Origin: a virus
Lineage: Duplodnaviria > Caudoviricetes
Virus record (IMG/VR): IMGVR_UViG_3300009124_000019
Span: 1-52,509 of that record
Strand: one strand, 5' to 3'
Length of the DNA stretch: 52,509 bases
In this document: positions 19,364 through 32,900 of the stretch, piece after piece
How positions within the stretch are numbered: position 1 is the stretch's first letter
Layout: every line of letters begins with the position of its first letter
Made by a program: the position numbers and the translations under genes
Notes under the pieces: model-generated
What the model saw: only the letters and a program-made list of their open reading frames with translations
Databases searched by the model: none
What the model was told of the DNA's origin: nothing

Positions 19364-20952
19364 GTGCCATCGAAGGTTTGTGCCGTCGAATCCATTGTAC
19401 TAGATGTGCTATCAAATCTATTCTGAAGACTTCCACCACCGCCAGATCCTGCCACAGTCAATGTAACTGGGTTGGAATCGAGTGGGGAGTTTGATGCTCT
19501 TCTATCTAAAGGCACACCCAAAGGTCCGATCAGACGGACTCGATACTTATAACCAGTCATGTAAGCAAGACCAGTTACTTGATATTCATTAGATGTAGCG
19601 CCAGTGATAGCAGCAAACGCGAAACCTCCATCAGTAGATCTGTACCATTGATATCCAATGGGTCCGTTTTCTGGAGAGATCTCTGCTTGAATAGTAAAGG
19701 TTGCAGTTTCTCCAACATTGATAGTTGCATTTTGTGGTTGCAACGTAATCTGTATTGTTGGAAGAGGGGGTGCTTCTCCACCACCACCACCTGGATCGGG
19801 AGGTGTTACTGTTGATGTGGTAAACGTAGTGTCGATAGTTTCTCTAGTTGTCAATCCCATGATGTATGGGAATGTAGGAGCATCTACATTCTCAGGATCA
19901 ACTGTCATAAAGTATGCATATGTCCCATTAGGATACTCTGGGGTTACACAAAATCTACCATTATGATAGTCAAGGTCCCCAGACCCCTCAATGTATTCCC
20001 AGTCCTGTATGAGGGACCCTGGAGGGGGATTCTGTAAGGTATTACCATATGCAGGTCTACCATCGACCTCAGTGGATTTAGTGCTATATGAGCTTTGCAT
20101 TGTGACAATGCCACTCAGATTATCCCAAGGAGTTGTATACCCATAAGGTCCATAGATTGGGAATCCATCAAATGCAACACCAACCATTTTGGAATGTCCA
20201 TCAGGATGTCTGATGTTGTTTCCATTATATTGTGTAGTGCCATAATAATCATTGTATGCTGCCATGACAGAATTCGTCTTCCAGCAATCTAGGAAGTGTG
20301 AATCATGTACATGGTATACACCCGTTTGCTCTGGGTGACCACCACAAACATCATCGCCAAAATCTACTGGAGATCCCTCAAAGTGTGCATTCCAACTGAA
20401 TCCTGATGGTGGGTTACCACCAGCACCAGCACTTGGATTAAAAATTGCAACACCATTTGATGCAACACCAATATTGCCAAGAGGAGTTAAACCTCTACCA
20501 TTTCGTTGATCGTAATACTCATATGTGCCAGTCGTTAGAGATTCTTGATCTCTCATAATCAAATCAAGACGATCATCTGTTGCTAACCAACACTCATCTT
20601 CAACAGATGTAAAGGTAGTACCTTTATAGAGAAACATTCTCTTGATACCATCACTAAAGACAAACAGAAGACGATCTCCTACTTTAATCTCATCGTTAAA
20701 CAGAGTATTGTCTGCATTGGAGATGTCAATAGACCTAATAAAACCGTCCTGATTCCAGGTATTAGTATCAAACGTCCTAGAGATACCAAACGTCCCACCA
20801 CGATAATAGAAGTCGTGATCGAAGTCCTGCTCCTGGACTGTATTTGGATTGTTGGAGTTTGGAAACGTACCATACCCCACAGGGTCTGGCAGTCCATCTG
20901 CCGACACCGTGAGGATTTTGGTAGCGTCGTTATAACTGGCGGTTGCAGTCAT
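19360..20952 (-). CDS. YHYH-domain protein with C-terminal Ig-like domain, 530 aa
   Basis: IGVASNGVAIFNP, GGHPEQTGVYHVH, HSKMVGVAFDGFPIYGPYGY, GDLDYHNGRFCVTPEYPNGTYAYF; Ig-like ITLQPQNATINVGETATFT...YQWY...YRVR. Confidence 0.85.
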   Translation of the reverse strand: MTATASYNDATKILTVSADGLPDPVGYGTFPNSNNPNTVQEQDFDHDFYYRGGTFGISRTFDTNTWNQDGFIRSIDISNADNTLFNDEIKVGDRLLFVFSDGIKRMFLYKGTTFTSVEDECWLATDDRLDLIMRDQESLTTGTYEYYDQRNGRGLTPLGNIGVASNGVAIFNPSAGAGGNPPSGFSWNAHFEGSPVDFGDDVCGGHPEQTGVYHVHDSHFLDCWKTNSVMAAYNDYYGTTQYNGNNIRHPDGHSKMVGVAFDGFPIYGPYGYTTPWDNLSGIVTMQSSYSTKSTEVDGRPAYGNTLQNPPPGSLIQDWEYIEGSGDLDYHNGRFCVTPEYPNGTYAYFMTVDPENVDAPTFPYIMGLTTRETIDTTFTTSTVTPPDPGGGGGEAPPLPTIQITLQPQNATINVGETATFTIQAEISPENGPIGYQWYRSTDGGFAFAAITGATSNEYQVTGLAYMTGYKYRVRLIGPLGVPLDRRASNSPLDSNPVTLTVAGSGGGGSLQNRFDSTSSTMDSTAQTFDGT

Positions 20953-20963
20953 CTTTTTACTTT

Positions 20964-20970
20964 TATTTAG
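20964..20970 (-). promoter_or_regulatory. Late promoter variant (CTAAATA) for the YHYH gene
   Basis: Overlaps the stop codon of the giant ORF, 12 nt before the next ATG. Confidence 0.55.
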
Positions 20971-23900
20971 TTGTCGTCGAAGATCATTGTTGGATTAAAT
21001 CCAACGAGGACAGTTGCACCAGTCTGGACCGACAGGATTGCCGACAGTGAGTAGACAGGTGTCGCACCCGCTGCCGTGATAGCAACGCGATATTCATCGC
21101 CATCGTCAGATTGAGCAGCGTTATTAGTAGAGTATGTTGCCTGGTTAGCACCAATGATGTTGGACCAGGTTTGAGTGCCATACTCCTTCTTCTGCCACTG
21201 GTAGTTGAGAGTCTGACCGTTATTCACGTTGCCAACCACTGTGAATGCAGCATTCTGCCCCTGGTTGACCGTCACGTTGACAGGATCTTGAGTGATTGCA
21301 ATTGTGCCAGCAACAATGCCGCTACCACCGCCACCACCTTGATTTTCAGGTGCGAAGATATCAAGACCACCGTTAATTGGCGTGCCTTCAGGTGCCACAT
21401 AGTCATCAGGGACCACAGACTCAACATCCACAACAGGAGTCTTGTAATCTGTGCCAGGAGTCTTCACATCAATGCGTGTGATACCCATCAGTGCCTTGAT
21501 ACGAGCGTCAAATCCAGTAGAGGAGATAACGTCAACGTTGGGGCGAGAGGTATAACCATCACCAGGATTGGTGAGGATTGCACTTGTCAATTGACCCTTA
21601 GTCACTTCAGAGATTGCTGCAGCATTACGACCCTTAACGGATCCAGTATATTCAAAGGTGATTAGTGAGTTGGAAGATTCAATCAGAGCAACGTCACGAG
21701 CGAATTCTTCACCATCAATCTCAAGTCTGTCACCCGATTCCACAGGAGGCACAACGGTTGCAGCGATCACGTCAGTGTCAGATCCAATATAAGAGAATCC
21801 AACGAAGGTTGATCCTGCGCGAGGTACTTCAGCGAAGATGACACGAGAACCAACGATCTCATATGCAACGCCAGGTTCCTGAATGATACCGTTGAGTGAA
21901 ACAATGATGTTGTTTTCTGGGCGAATCACGTTAGAAGAAACACCTTCAGTCAGTGTCAGTGAGTAGAAGAGACCGTCACGCTTGAGGTTGAAGGACGAGC
22001 GCAAGGAGTCAAACTCGAAGCTGATATCGTCCATCTGACGGAGTTTACCAACATAGTAACCAACGAATTCAGATCCAATCTCAGGAGGCTCAGAGAAGTT
22101 AATCTTGTCAGAGAATGCAACGTAGGAGTTGTTACCGCCAGGAGGTTGCAGGATACCGTTGACGAAGATGAGCATGTGACCAGCGGGATCTGGGAAGTAT
22201 GCTTCACCATTGCTAATCGTGAGATCAAACTGTGTCTGCTCACCATCGAAACCACGGAAGTAGCGATCAACGCGACCTTCAAGCGTGCGTGCAGAAGAAA
22301 CTGCACCACCCCATCCGTAGTCGGAGATAACGGACATGTTATCAACAAAGTCACCAACTGCATTTTCAACCCAGACAGTTGCTGTGATACCTTGCTGCTC
22401 GATAGCAGCCACGCGCCCGTAGGATGTATATCCAACATCCAAGTAACTAACAACGTTAGCGTAGATTGTTGGGAAGTTAGATCCAATATCCAGTTTACCG
22501 ATGTTGTTATTTGGATTACTAACAGCAGTAATCCCTTCACCCGTGCCCACGGGGATGAGGTTTGCAATAAACAGACGATGAATTCCGAAGTTAGGATCTG
22601 CAGGATCTGCGTTGAGTCCGTTAATGTACTGTGTAACCGTGGCACGGAAACCAGGATCTTTCAGTGTAGTGCCCTGCAGGAGGACAATCTCATCGCCCAC
22701 TCGGAATGTGTCAGAGATGCCTGTATCAATGATTGTAGTGCCCAATTCCAACTGATAGACGTTGGTGCCATGGATGTACTGATTCAGTTGCAGTTGTGTG
22801 CCTGAGATACCCTTAATATCAAGGATATAGTCAGTAACGCTACCGTAGATAACATCACCAGTATTCCAAGCGTTAGTAATCGTTTCAACATCAATTGTGA
22901 TACGACCACCACTGTTACCAGTCAGAGATCCAGACTTATTCTGATAGTCATAGGCGAATGCCTCAACTGAAGAATCCTTATCAAACAACCAGTCACCCTG
23001 AGCAAAATCACCAGCACCAATGTTAATTAGCATTCTGTCACTGGAAGCAGTAACCACAGCAGTAGCGCCAGTAATAGCACCTTCAAGTGTATCTCCAACA
23101 GAGATAGTACCTTGCTCATCAATAAGATTCAGGAAAGTGATTCCATCGTTATCTGTTTCAGTTGATTGGAGTAGAATGCCCTTATTGGTATTAGATCCTG
23201 AGACAAAGATCTCTTCTCCATTCTGGAAGTTGCCATAAACTCCCAAGACAGATGAGACATTGTTGACTTCATAACGTGTGAAGAGGCGATGGATTTCTGC
23301 ATCATTTCTATCAATTCTACCAACCTCAGAGTAAGACTCTGATGTAGATCCGAAGATAACGTCAGCAGGATTGAAACCACCTTGAATAGGTGTCTGAGAA
23401 GGATCGCTAGGATACGAAATTGTATTTCTAGAAATACCACTTCTTCTAGTGATTGCGAAGATTTGTGCTCCAGTATTCGCAGTATCAATGGTAACTTCTC
23501 TGAATCTACCATCATGGATATAATGAGCACCAATTTCAAACCACTGTGCAGTTGCAGTAATCACATACCAGTAAGTCTGCTTAGCGAAACCTGCCAAAGA
23601 AGTCTGAGATGCAGGGATATATTGCAGAATGTCACCACGGCGGAAGCTGTTGGTGCGGTTAATTCTAACTCTGTATTCTGCACGATCAAATCCAGTATCA
23701 ATCAGAGGCGTAAGTACAACCAGTGCGGGGTCTGTGTTGTAATCAACACCCATTTCATATTGGGTGCTAAGATTCTGGACATCACTGGAAGCGATAAACG
23801 TAACACTACCCTCAGTTGGGAATTGAGAAGTTTCTAATGAGTATTCAACGTTATTCAGTGAAGAATCAATAATGAATTCAGATGCTTCTCTATTGTAATC

Positions 23901-26900
23901 TAAACGATATGGGAGAGTATATGTGGTGTAATTTGCCCAAGCAGGATCAGTAGTCAACATATACAGAGCACTCTTTGTGTATTCTCTAATACGAGTGGTT
24001 GCATAAATCAGATGAGATCTCAACACATCTTGGAATGCGATGAAGTTGCCTTCCCCGTCAAACCATGTTTGAATCAACTTGAATGCACCAGCATTGCCAC
24101 CAGTTACCATGTCGTAACGAATTGCCTTAGTAATATCCAGGCAGAAGTCAACTGTCATGTTGGTGGCACCATAATATGACACCGTTGAATCATATGCTCT
24201 CGTTGCAATTGCGTTATCATTAAACAACAGCATGTTGGCAATTTGCTTATCGCCATATGTGCCACCACCCAAAGTGGTAGTCATTAGATCAAAGAGAGTA
24301 TCTAGAGTCGAGAATACAACAGCACAAGTACCTGCTTGGTATTCGGTGTTTGTATAAACATCCTGTCTAGTAGTCCTAACAATACTGGAGAGTGCATTGC
24401 TATTGTTATTCGCAGCCTCTTCAATTGTGCTAATCACAATATCCATGAGCGTATCGATAGACGATGCGACATTGGGGCAAGTGAAATTCCAAGTACCTTC
24501 GCCGTCTAGACCACCATTGCTGTAATCATATTGAGTATTAAGATCTCTCCAAACAGTGTCAGGAGTGTACTTAACAGGCCAAATGATAGGAAGATCTGCT
24601 ATCTGATTGTTAACGTTACTAGGAGTGCTAATAGCATCAGTGATCACTTGCATCAGATCATCGATTTCTTGCTCAACATCAACGGTCTCATTATTGGTAT
24701 AAGCGGGATCGACCAGACGACCTCTGTAGTAATCCATGGTAGAGGTTGTATATCCCCATGCTGCGGTAGTTTCACCAGAGCAAACGTTTACTGCCGCCCC
24801 AGCGAAAGTGCCATCATCACCACCAGACCAAAGACCAGTGCCTTCACCCAGACCAGTATTTGTTGCTCCAGGAGTTACACCTTCAGCAATGAATTCACCA
24901 TCAATCCACCAGCGGACACGACCAGGACCAGTAGCAGCATTACCACCAACTCTGATTTCCCAAACGATTTCGTGCTCATTGCCATCGAAATATGCACTCA
25001 GAGTAGAGATGGGCACATCCACCAGTGCAAGACCAGTATCGGTGTAAGACGTAGTGCCACCAGCATAAGAAGTGCCACCATCACCTGCACGGAATCTCCA
25101 ATAAGTGCCGCTATCTCTAATACCAAACCAAGATCCATAACCGCTATCACCGCCTTCCCAGAGGAGTCCATCAGCAGGTGTGCCATTAGGAAGAATAGTG
25201 GTGCAACGTCCAACAAAGTCCTCACCAGTCGTCATGCCATTGGACGATGGGTTGGCATTGTTAATATCAACTGTGTTGTTTGTAAACGAGCGGGTAATAA
25301 TATTATTGAAGTTTGCCAGATCGATACCGTTTGTTTGGTCGGAAGGACGCAGTTGGTTAGTGGGTTTCTTAGTTGCATCGAAGAATCTTTGAGCAACGCC
25401 ATAACCAGCATTATCGGTAATGATCTGATCCTTCAATGCACGCTTCGCGAGGTCGCGTGCTCTATTCAGAATCCAATTGGTCTCAGTAGCTTGAGATGTG
25501 ACGTGCTGCAGATTACCACTGTAATTCACATAGAATTCAGCAGCGTACTGCATCCAGTTGTTACCACCATACTTCAAGTTGAAGACAAGGGATCTCAGGA
25601 TATCCGTAACATCATGGACACAATTGATATTGCCGCCAGGGATAGTTAAACCTGGATATTGGACAATGCCGTCATATACTGCTTGCTCAGCAATATAACG
25701 AATGTTACCGTCAATTGCATCTGCTGTATCTTTGTAAAGAGCAATACGAGGATTTTGCTCATATGATTGGACTGGTGAGATACCAGGATCATTACCCTCG
25801 ATATAATCTCTACCAAAACCATTACGCATGGTCAGGGTCAACAAATCTCTAACGATCTTATAGACAGTTACAGATGCTTCCCACTCAGACTCAATATGTC
25901 TTAGAGAATTGTTTTCTGGCTCAATGTACAACTCTGCAGCATCCCAAATCCTTTCATTGCAGTTATAGATCATGTCATGCATGATAGCGTCAATGATGCC
26001 TATAACGTCATCAACACAATTTTGAGATCCGCCAGGAATTTCAAAAGTAGCATACTTAGACATGTCATTCATAATCTCAACTGCTTCTCTAGCAATGAGC
26101 TGTTTATTATTTCTAATCGCTTCATATGCGTTATAGAAATAATTCCAATTACTTACTTGATCCTGTGGCCAACCTTCAGTATCAACAGTAATAGTATCGT
26201 CACGATATGCAGATCTAGTTGTATAGAGAGGAGCGTAGTAATCTCCATTTTGTGTCCAAGCAGGAGCACCCAAATCTGCAGAAACTTCACCAGGAGAAAG
26301 CAGCATGTTGTTTGCTGCCTTTTGGCAAAGGAATTTTGTAAATTCAAATGCATCCAGCATTGGATTCAATTCATGCTCAACATGCAGAATGTTATTTTGA
26401 GAATCCAAATATTGATCAATGATTGCCTCGGTGTTATAAGTACCACCAGTGCAGAGATCGCCAATGATTGCAGGAATAATGTGATCCTTGATATCACTCT
26501 CACAACCTGCTTGACCAGTGCCAGGGAATACCAACATTTCGGTATCGGTGCCACCCAAGTTAATCGTATATTTCGTCTTAATGTATTCTGCAGTCTCTTC
26601 TGCAATGTAAGCGCGGTTTTTCCAAATAAGGACACCAGCATCTTTGTTGCCATTAGGTGTTGGTGCAAGTACTTGGAGCAATTCATCACCAAGAGATTGA
26701 ATTTCATCAAGGATTGTTTGAGATGCAGGACTGGAGAAGTTGTTGGGGATTCTCAGTCTCTGGGTATAAATTCCAGACAAATCTGTGCTGGTTGTTGTGA
26801 TAACATCCTTAACGATTGTGAATGCCTCATCCCAGGTATACAGAGTTTGGAGAATCTCGTTACCAACGTGCTTCAGTTTGCCTGATGCCTCAAGGTAAGT

Positions 26901-29900
26901 ACGAGCGGTATACAGTGTATGGTAGTTACCACCTTCTCTAAGGTCTTTGACCAGTGCAGAGATGATGTAATCTTTCGTATCTCTAATACAGTAGTTGGTG
27001 CCACCGTAAGAATTAGTAGCAGGATCATCACCAGGCATGGTGAAGTCGGGGAATTGTAACTTCATTCTTCCGACTGCTTCTTCAGCAATCCATGCATCAT
27101 TCAGATCGATAATATCAGCACATGCGCGTGCTTCTGCCCTTCCAAGGTCAACATCCTTAATGATTGCAAACTTGTCAGTGTAATTGACTTCCTTAATCGC
27201 TGCTGCTGAAGATTTCTGACCAGTAAAGGTTGCATAAACTTCAGTGGTAGACAAGATAAAGGGTGCCTCACCATCAAGACCAAAGACGATCTGATCATCT
27301 GTATAGTCGATCTGAGTAGGAGGTGTAAAGGCGGTATTGAAGTCTGCTTCACCCTTCTTGACAACAACGTTATCCATAACACCAGCAAACTGGTTAGCAG
27401 CGTTGAAGTCAGCACCAACATAAAGACCTGCATAAGGATAGTCATTGGTATCAACATAGTTACTACCAATCTGAGCACCATCCAGATAGACCTGAGTCAC
27501 ACCTTGAGATCTAACAACCGCAATGTGATACCAAGTTGTATCGGACAAAGTGCCACCACTAATCAATTGGGTAGTGCCGTTGTAAAGTTGGACTGCACCA
27601 GCAGAGGAGACTACAACTCTCAGACCAGCATCTACGACACGACGCATATCAAACAGATGTTGAGTTGTGCCAACAGCATCTAAGTACACCCATCCTTGAA
27701 TAGTAAATTCTTCAGTGCCAAAGGCAAAATCATAACTTTCAGGTGCTACCAGATAACCATTAGATGGGAATTTAACTGCTTTACTACCAGACAATTCTGC
27801 CTTCTTAGTGACGACAGTCTGAGTAACGTTGTTTTGGTTTGCCAGTCTAGAGTTAGTCAGATACTCACCAATCTGGAAACTACCTGTAATAACTTCAGCA
27901 AAGATCCACTTAAGACCAGCATTTGCACCAATGGCATCGAAGATTGCACCAGAGGTAACGCCTGTGATTTGATCACCAGTGATGAAGAGACCCGAAGACT
28001 TATCCTTATAACCCAGTTTCGTTGTGCGGATTGTCTCACCGTCAACAAATGTACCATCACTGACAGATGCCAGAGCATTGACATTAGCAAGGTTGCCAGC
28101 AGCAATCGCTACAGTAGGAATATCAGTAAGAGTAGCAATATAAGACTGGACATCAGCACAATTGGTGATCAGTTGATTGCTACCACTTGAGTAGTTGGCA
28201 TCATAGGTATGACCAGGAGCAGTGCCACCATAGGAAGCAGGATCATAGATGATGTCTAGATCCTTACCATACAGCAGGTTGTTGATTGCTCTATATGCCA
28301 GGTCACGGATCTTCTCGAAGACAGTGATTGACTCAGCAGTTTCACCAACCAGACCATTGGTCAGGGGAGCACCAGAATTATCAAAGTATGACTTAGTAAA
28401 TTCAACAATATTGAAGTTACCACCTTGTGCAACATCATTTGCAATAGCATCGATAAAGAAACCAGCATCACGACGACACTTGATCTGACCAGGAGAATAA
28501 GTACCTAGTTGCTCATCAGGCAACTCAGTCAGGTTGGAGATGGTCAGTGCTTCATCAACAATCTCCCAGAGGGTAGTGATTGCTGCTTGGACATCAGAGC
28601 AACCATCAGGATCAGTATTATCGACATTACTACCAGGTGTGCCATAATCATCGTTAGGTGATTGGTCAGCAGTAATAGTCAGATCTTGATATGCAGTATA
28701 AGTAGTGCCTGCATCGGGACCATACTGTGCGACATAGGTGCCACTCAGGTTATTTGTGATAGCGGACAGCATATAGTCCTTAACTTTCTCGTATGCAAAA
28801 CGAGTTTCAAGAGTCTCGCCATCGACATAAACCAGTTGACCATTTGCATCAAAATACTGTTGGGTAAACTTACGAATGTAAACGTTACCACCACGATAGA
28901 TATCAGCACCCATGGACTCCATGAAGATTTCCATGTCACGCTTACACTTAGCGGGATTGGGATCAGTGAAGAGGGGATACTGAGTCTTCATGTCATCGTA
29001 TGCCTTAGCAGCGATGTACTCTCTATTCAACTGGATGAAGCGATGTGCGTCAGCAAATCTACTCCACTCATTAGTCTGGATATCTCCAGGATAGTAGAAG
29101 TCAGGATGCTGCACAACAATTTCTGCATCACCCCAATCAATCAGCAACTGCTTATTATCTTTGATGCGATTGGAAGCATCATAGAATCTATTACCAGCAG
29201 TGCCATGATAAGTAGAAACTGCATTACCATAATTGACTCTCTTATTGAGGATTTGATCACCCTTGCTGAAGTTACCATTTGCAAGTTGGGTATATTCAAC
29301 TTCAGTGCTTCTAACTCTCTCAAAATCAAGGAAGTCTGCGTTAATTCTATTGCTAGAATCATTCAGTACGGTTGGAGTGATTGAAGACTTGGATATATCA
29401 TCCAGGATGACGTTGGGGTTAGTGATACTAACTTCACGCTCAAACAGCAAACCGTAGAATGTAGATCCAGGGTTAATGATCAATTCATCAACCAGATCAC
29501 CAGTTGCAGGATCCTGATAAGGTGCAATAAAGGTAATTTGACCCGCAATCTTAGAAGACGCTGAGTAAATAAACTCATTAAGTTTCAGATTAAAGATACC
29601 AGTCTCAAACCGAGCAGTACCTGAAGTCTTACTAAGGACAACCGTGTCACTAATAACACCTTGATCATCGATGTTGGTCTCTTCAATAAGTGCAGTGTCG
29701 CCATTCAAGTTAGTGATTGATTCACCAAACTCAAAGATAGTTGGGGTATTGAGTTGCTCAACAGAGAAGATCAAACCAGAGAATAGAGTGCCACGAGTAA
29801 TCTCTTCATTCAGATTAAATGTACCACCAACCAAGTTGATAACATCAATATGAGTCGTGCCAGAGTCGATAACAGTAGCAACAACGTCGCTATCTGCACC

Positions 29901-32900
29901 TTGGACTTGCTGACCTAATGTTGGGAAGATACCAAAGTTTGCAGGACCTGCCTGACCAGAATATAAAGTAATTCTGTAAATTGGTGTAGGTGTAACACGA
30001 ATTTCTCTATAGTTGACTCTAGAAGCAGGTTTAGGTGGCTCGCTAAACACAATATTGCCACCAACAATCTGATAAGAAACGCCAGGTGCCTGAATCACAC
30101 CGTTGATGGTAATCATCAACTGATTCTGTTGGACGATAGTTTGCTCATTTTCAACGGTAAGTGGGAATTGCTTATCAATACCGTTAAATCGAGGTGAGAT
30201 ATCATCAAGTTTCTTCACGATAGAGGTCAAGATTTCCTCAGAGGAAGTCAGACGCTTTTTACGGAAAAGTACTTCAGTGTTGTTGTAATCGGTGTAGATT
30301 GGTTGTGCAGCACCAAAAGATGTGATTTGGTTGACGTTGGAGTAGTTATTGATGTTAACTTCCTTCGTAAACTCAGTGCCAACCTTTCTGCCAGAGATAT
30401 CCTTACCACCACTCAATTGCAACTGTCCAAACATGTTGAAACCAGCAGGGTGGTTGTTTTCCAACAATTGAGTCTTCCATTCCGTAATAGGAATTTCAGA
30501 CTTAACCACATAGGAGTAATTCTGATAGAAGTAGGAATCTTGCAGTTTTTGGACAATCTCGGAAGGTTTACCAACGTCATCGGTAAACTTACCAGGAGTC
30601 TTAGTCAGAGATCCGATATTGAGCACACCACGAGCAATACTCAGGTTATCGATAATACCAGACGCTTTAGAGATACTTCCACTAACCTGCTCACCTTGCT
30701 TCCAATCACCTTCGTAATCAACGATCTTAAGAATCTTAGGACCGATCTGCCAACCAGTATTTGTAGAAACGATACCAGTTGCAGTTGCTTGCTCCACACT
30801 TGGTCCTTGGAAGACTTCTTCACCAGCAAGGAAGCGAGATGTTGCAACAACTGCCTCAGCAGCACCACCAAACACTTCAGTAAGAAGTACTTGACGACCA
30901 CTACCTTGAGTCAAGAATGTGATGTAATCACCTGCTTGTGCTGCTTGTAAAGTCAGTGCAAAACGCAATTGGTCAGATTCCAGTGAGTTTTGGTTACCTG
31001 CAATCGCATAATAGACCTGACCACCAACCAGAGAGGTCAAACCTGCACTAGATGGTTTAGGCAATTCGCCAAGTGTAGTACCTACATTATCTGCTCGGAA
31101 TGTAACCTCTGCACCAGTCGTAATGCCGTGAGGGAAGTTAAACTGCAGATAGTTGAGGTCAAGGTTGACAACGTAGTTAAACTCAGACTTCAGGGTGACT
31201 GTAGGCTCGGATGAGTATCCAGCACCAGGATTCTTAATCAGAATCTCACTAAGTCGGTTGTTTTTGACAACAGCAACTGCATCAGCACCAGATCCACCAC
31301 CACCTTCAATAACAACTGCAGGAGTCGAAGTATAACCGCTACCAGGATTAGTAATCTTGATTTCAGTAAGAATCGAAGTATTGAAGAGTTGGAGGTTGAC
31401 TGGGAAAGTAATTTCGGGTTTCAGAGTGTAATCGTGTGAATATCCGAAACCAAACTCATTATTCTTCAGTCTCTTGATCTTACCGATGTTTCTACCTGTC
31501 AAGAAGACTGATGCACCACTACCTTCACTAGGAATGACGACTTGGACAGCACCACCAGATCCAGCAAGTGTTGGTCCAAGAATACCAGGAATAGCGTCAA
31601 CATCAATGCTAGCAAAGGTATATCCTTTACCAGGATCACTTACTGATACGTCTCCAAGGGCACCAGACCCAGTTTCTTCATCTAAGAGTACTGTGAGGAT
31701 TGCTTTACCACCTTCACCGTCTCCATCGATAGGCACATCATAATAGATGCCAGGAGCGTATTCTGTGCCACCATCAACGATGAGAATCTTCTCAATTTGA
31801 CGGAAGGATGCAATATCAGAGATGATAGGCAGTTTCTTATAGAATCCACCAGGAGAAACCAACTGAATGCTGTTAATAGGACCAACTGCTCTTGTGGAAG
31901 TCGTAGAGTAGAAGGAATATGCATTTCCTTGATCATCGGATCCAATTTCAGCGTTTGCACGCTCAGGTTCTCTATTAAGTGGGAATTTGAATTCAGTATC
32001 ACTTACGATCTCAGAAATATTGAATCTACCTGCATATGGAGTAGAGATAACGTCAATAAACGAAGAATCGCCTACAGGAGAGTTAGATCCAATTCTAGAT
32101 GGGTCGAAGTAGTAAGAGATGTTAGTGACATCTCCCAATACCAGGAATTTGACAAATGGTGCTGCATTACCTGTAGCATCAATACCAGGAGTGCCTTCTC
32201 TAACAATATTATTGAAGGAATACTCCAATTTGTACTGATTGTCCTGAGAGAATGACAAATAGTAACCAAAGTTAGAAACATCAGATACATCGAAGTTGTA
32301 CTGGTGATTTCTAGTAAACAGAAGAGTAGGATGCTTAGCGTAGATGTTTACATTATTGATAGCATTCTGTGAGAATGCAGGATCGGAGACTGCTGTCGAT
32401 CTGATCTTAAATGTAAACTCTCTAGACCCAATAACCTTATCAACGAAGAATGATCCATTATATTGATCACCTTGGAATCCTTCAGTGAAGATAATATCAT
32501 TTTCGTTATAGAAGTGCTGACTATTGGAAGTACAATACACCAGATCAGTCCTACTCTGGGAAGATCTGATTATATCTTTTTCAAGACGTGCTGTAACACG
32601 AATCTTCTTAACCGATGCCAGACCAGAGATCCCAACAGACTTTTCATCTTCTGCCAAGCTAATATAATCTCCAGTAACGCTGATAACGTCATTGGGAATG
32701 AAAGAAGATCCAGGATGTGTCTCAAGAATCTGAATTTGATAGTTATCGCCCAGATTGAAAGGCATCAAACGAGAGTAGAGACTAATTGACTCACGAGTCT
32801 CGATGAATGTCCAGGTAACGTGACCGTCAGATGCATCTCCAGTGGTATGAGTTGGATGTGTTGTACCTGCAACACCACCTCCACCAACTGCAACTTCATA

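Noticed and set aside
24531-26885. Long plus-strand ORFs (372 aa, 302 aa) and many similar ones across the window
   Set aside because: Antisense shadows of codon-biased structural genes; implausible composition and no expression signals seen.
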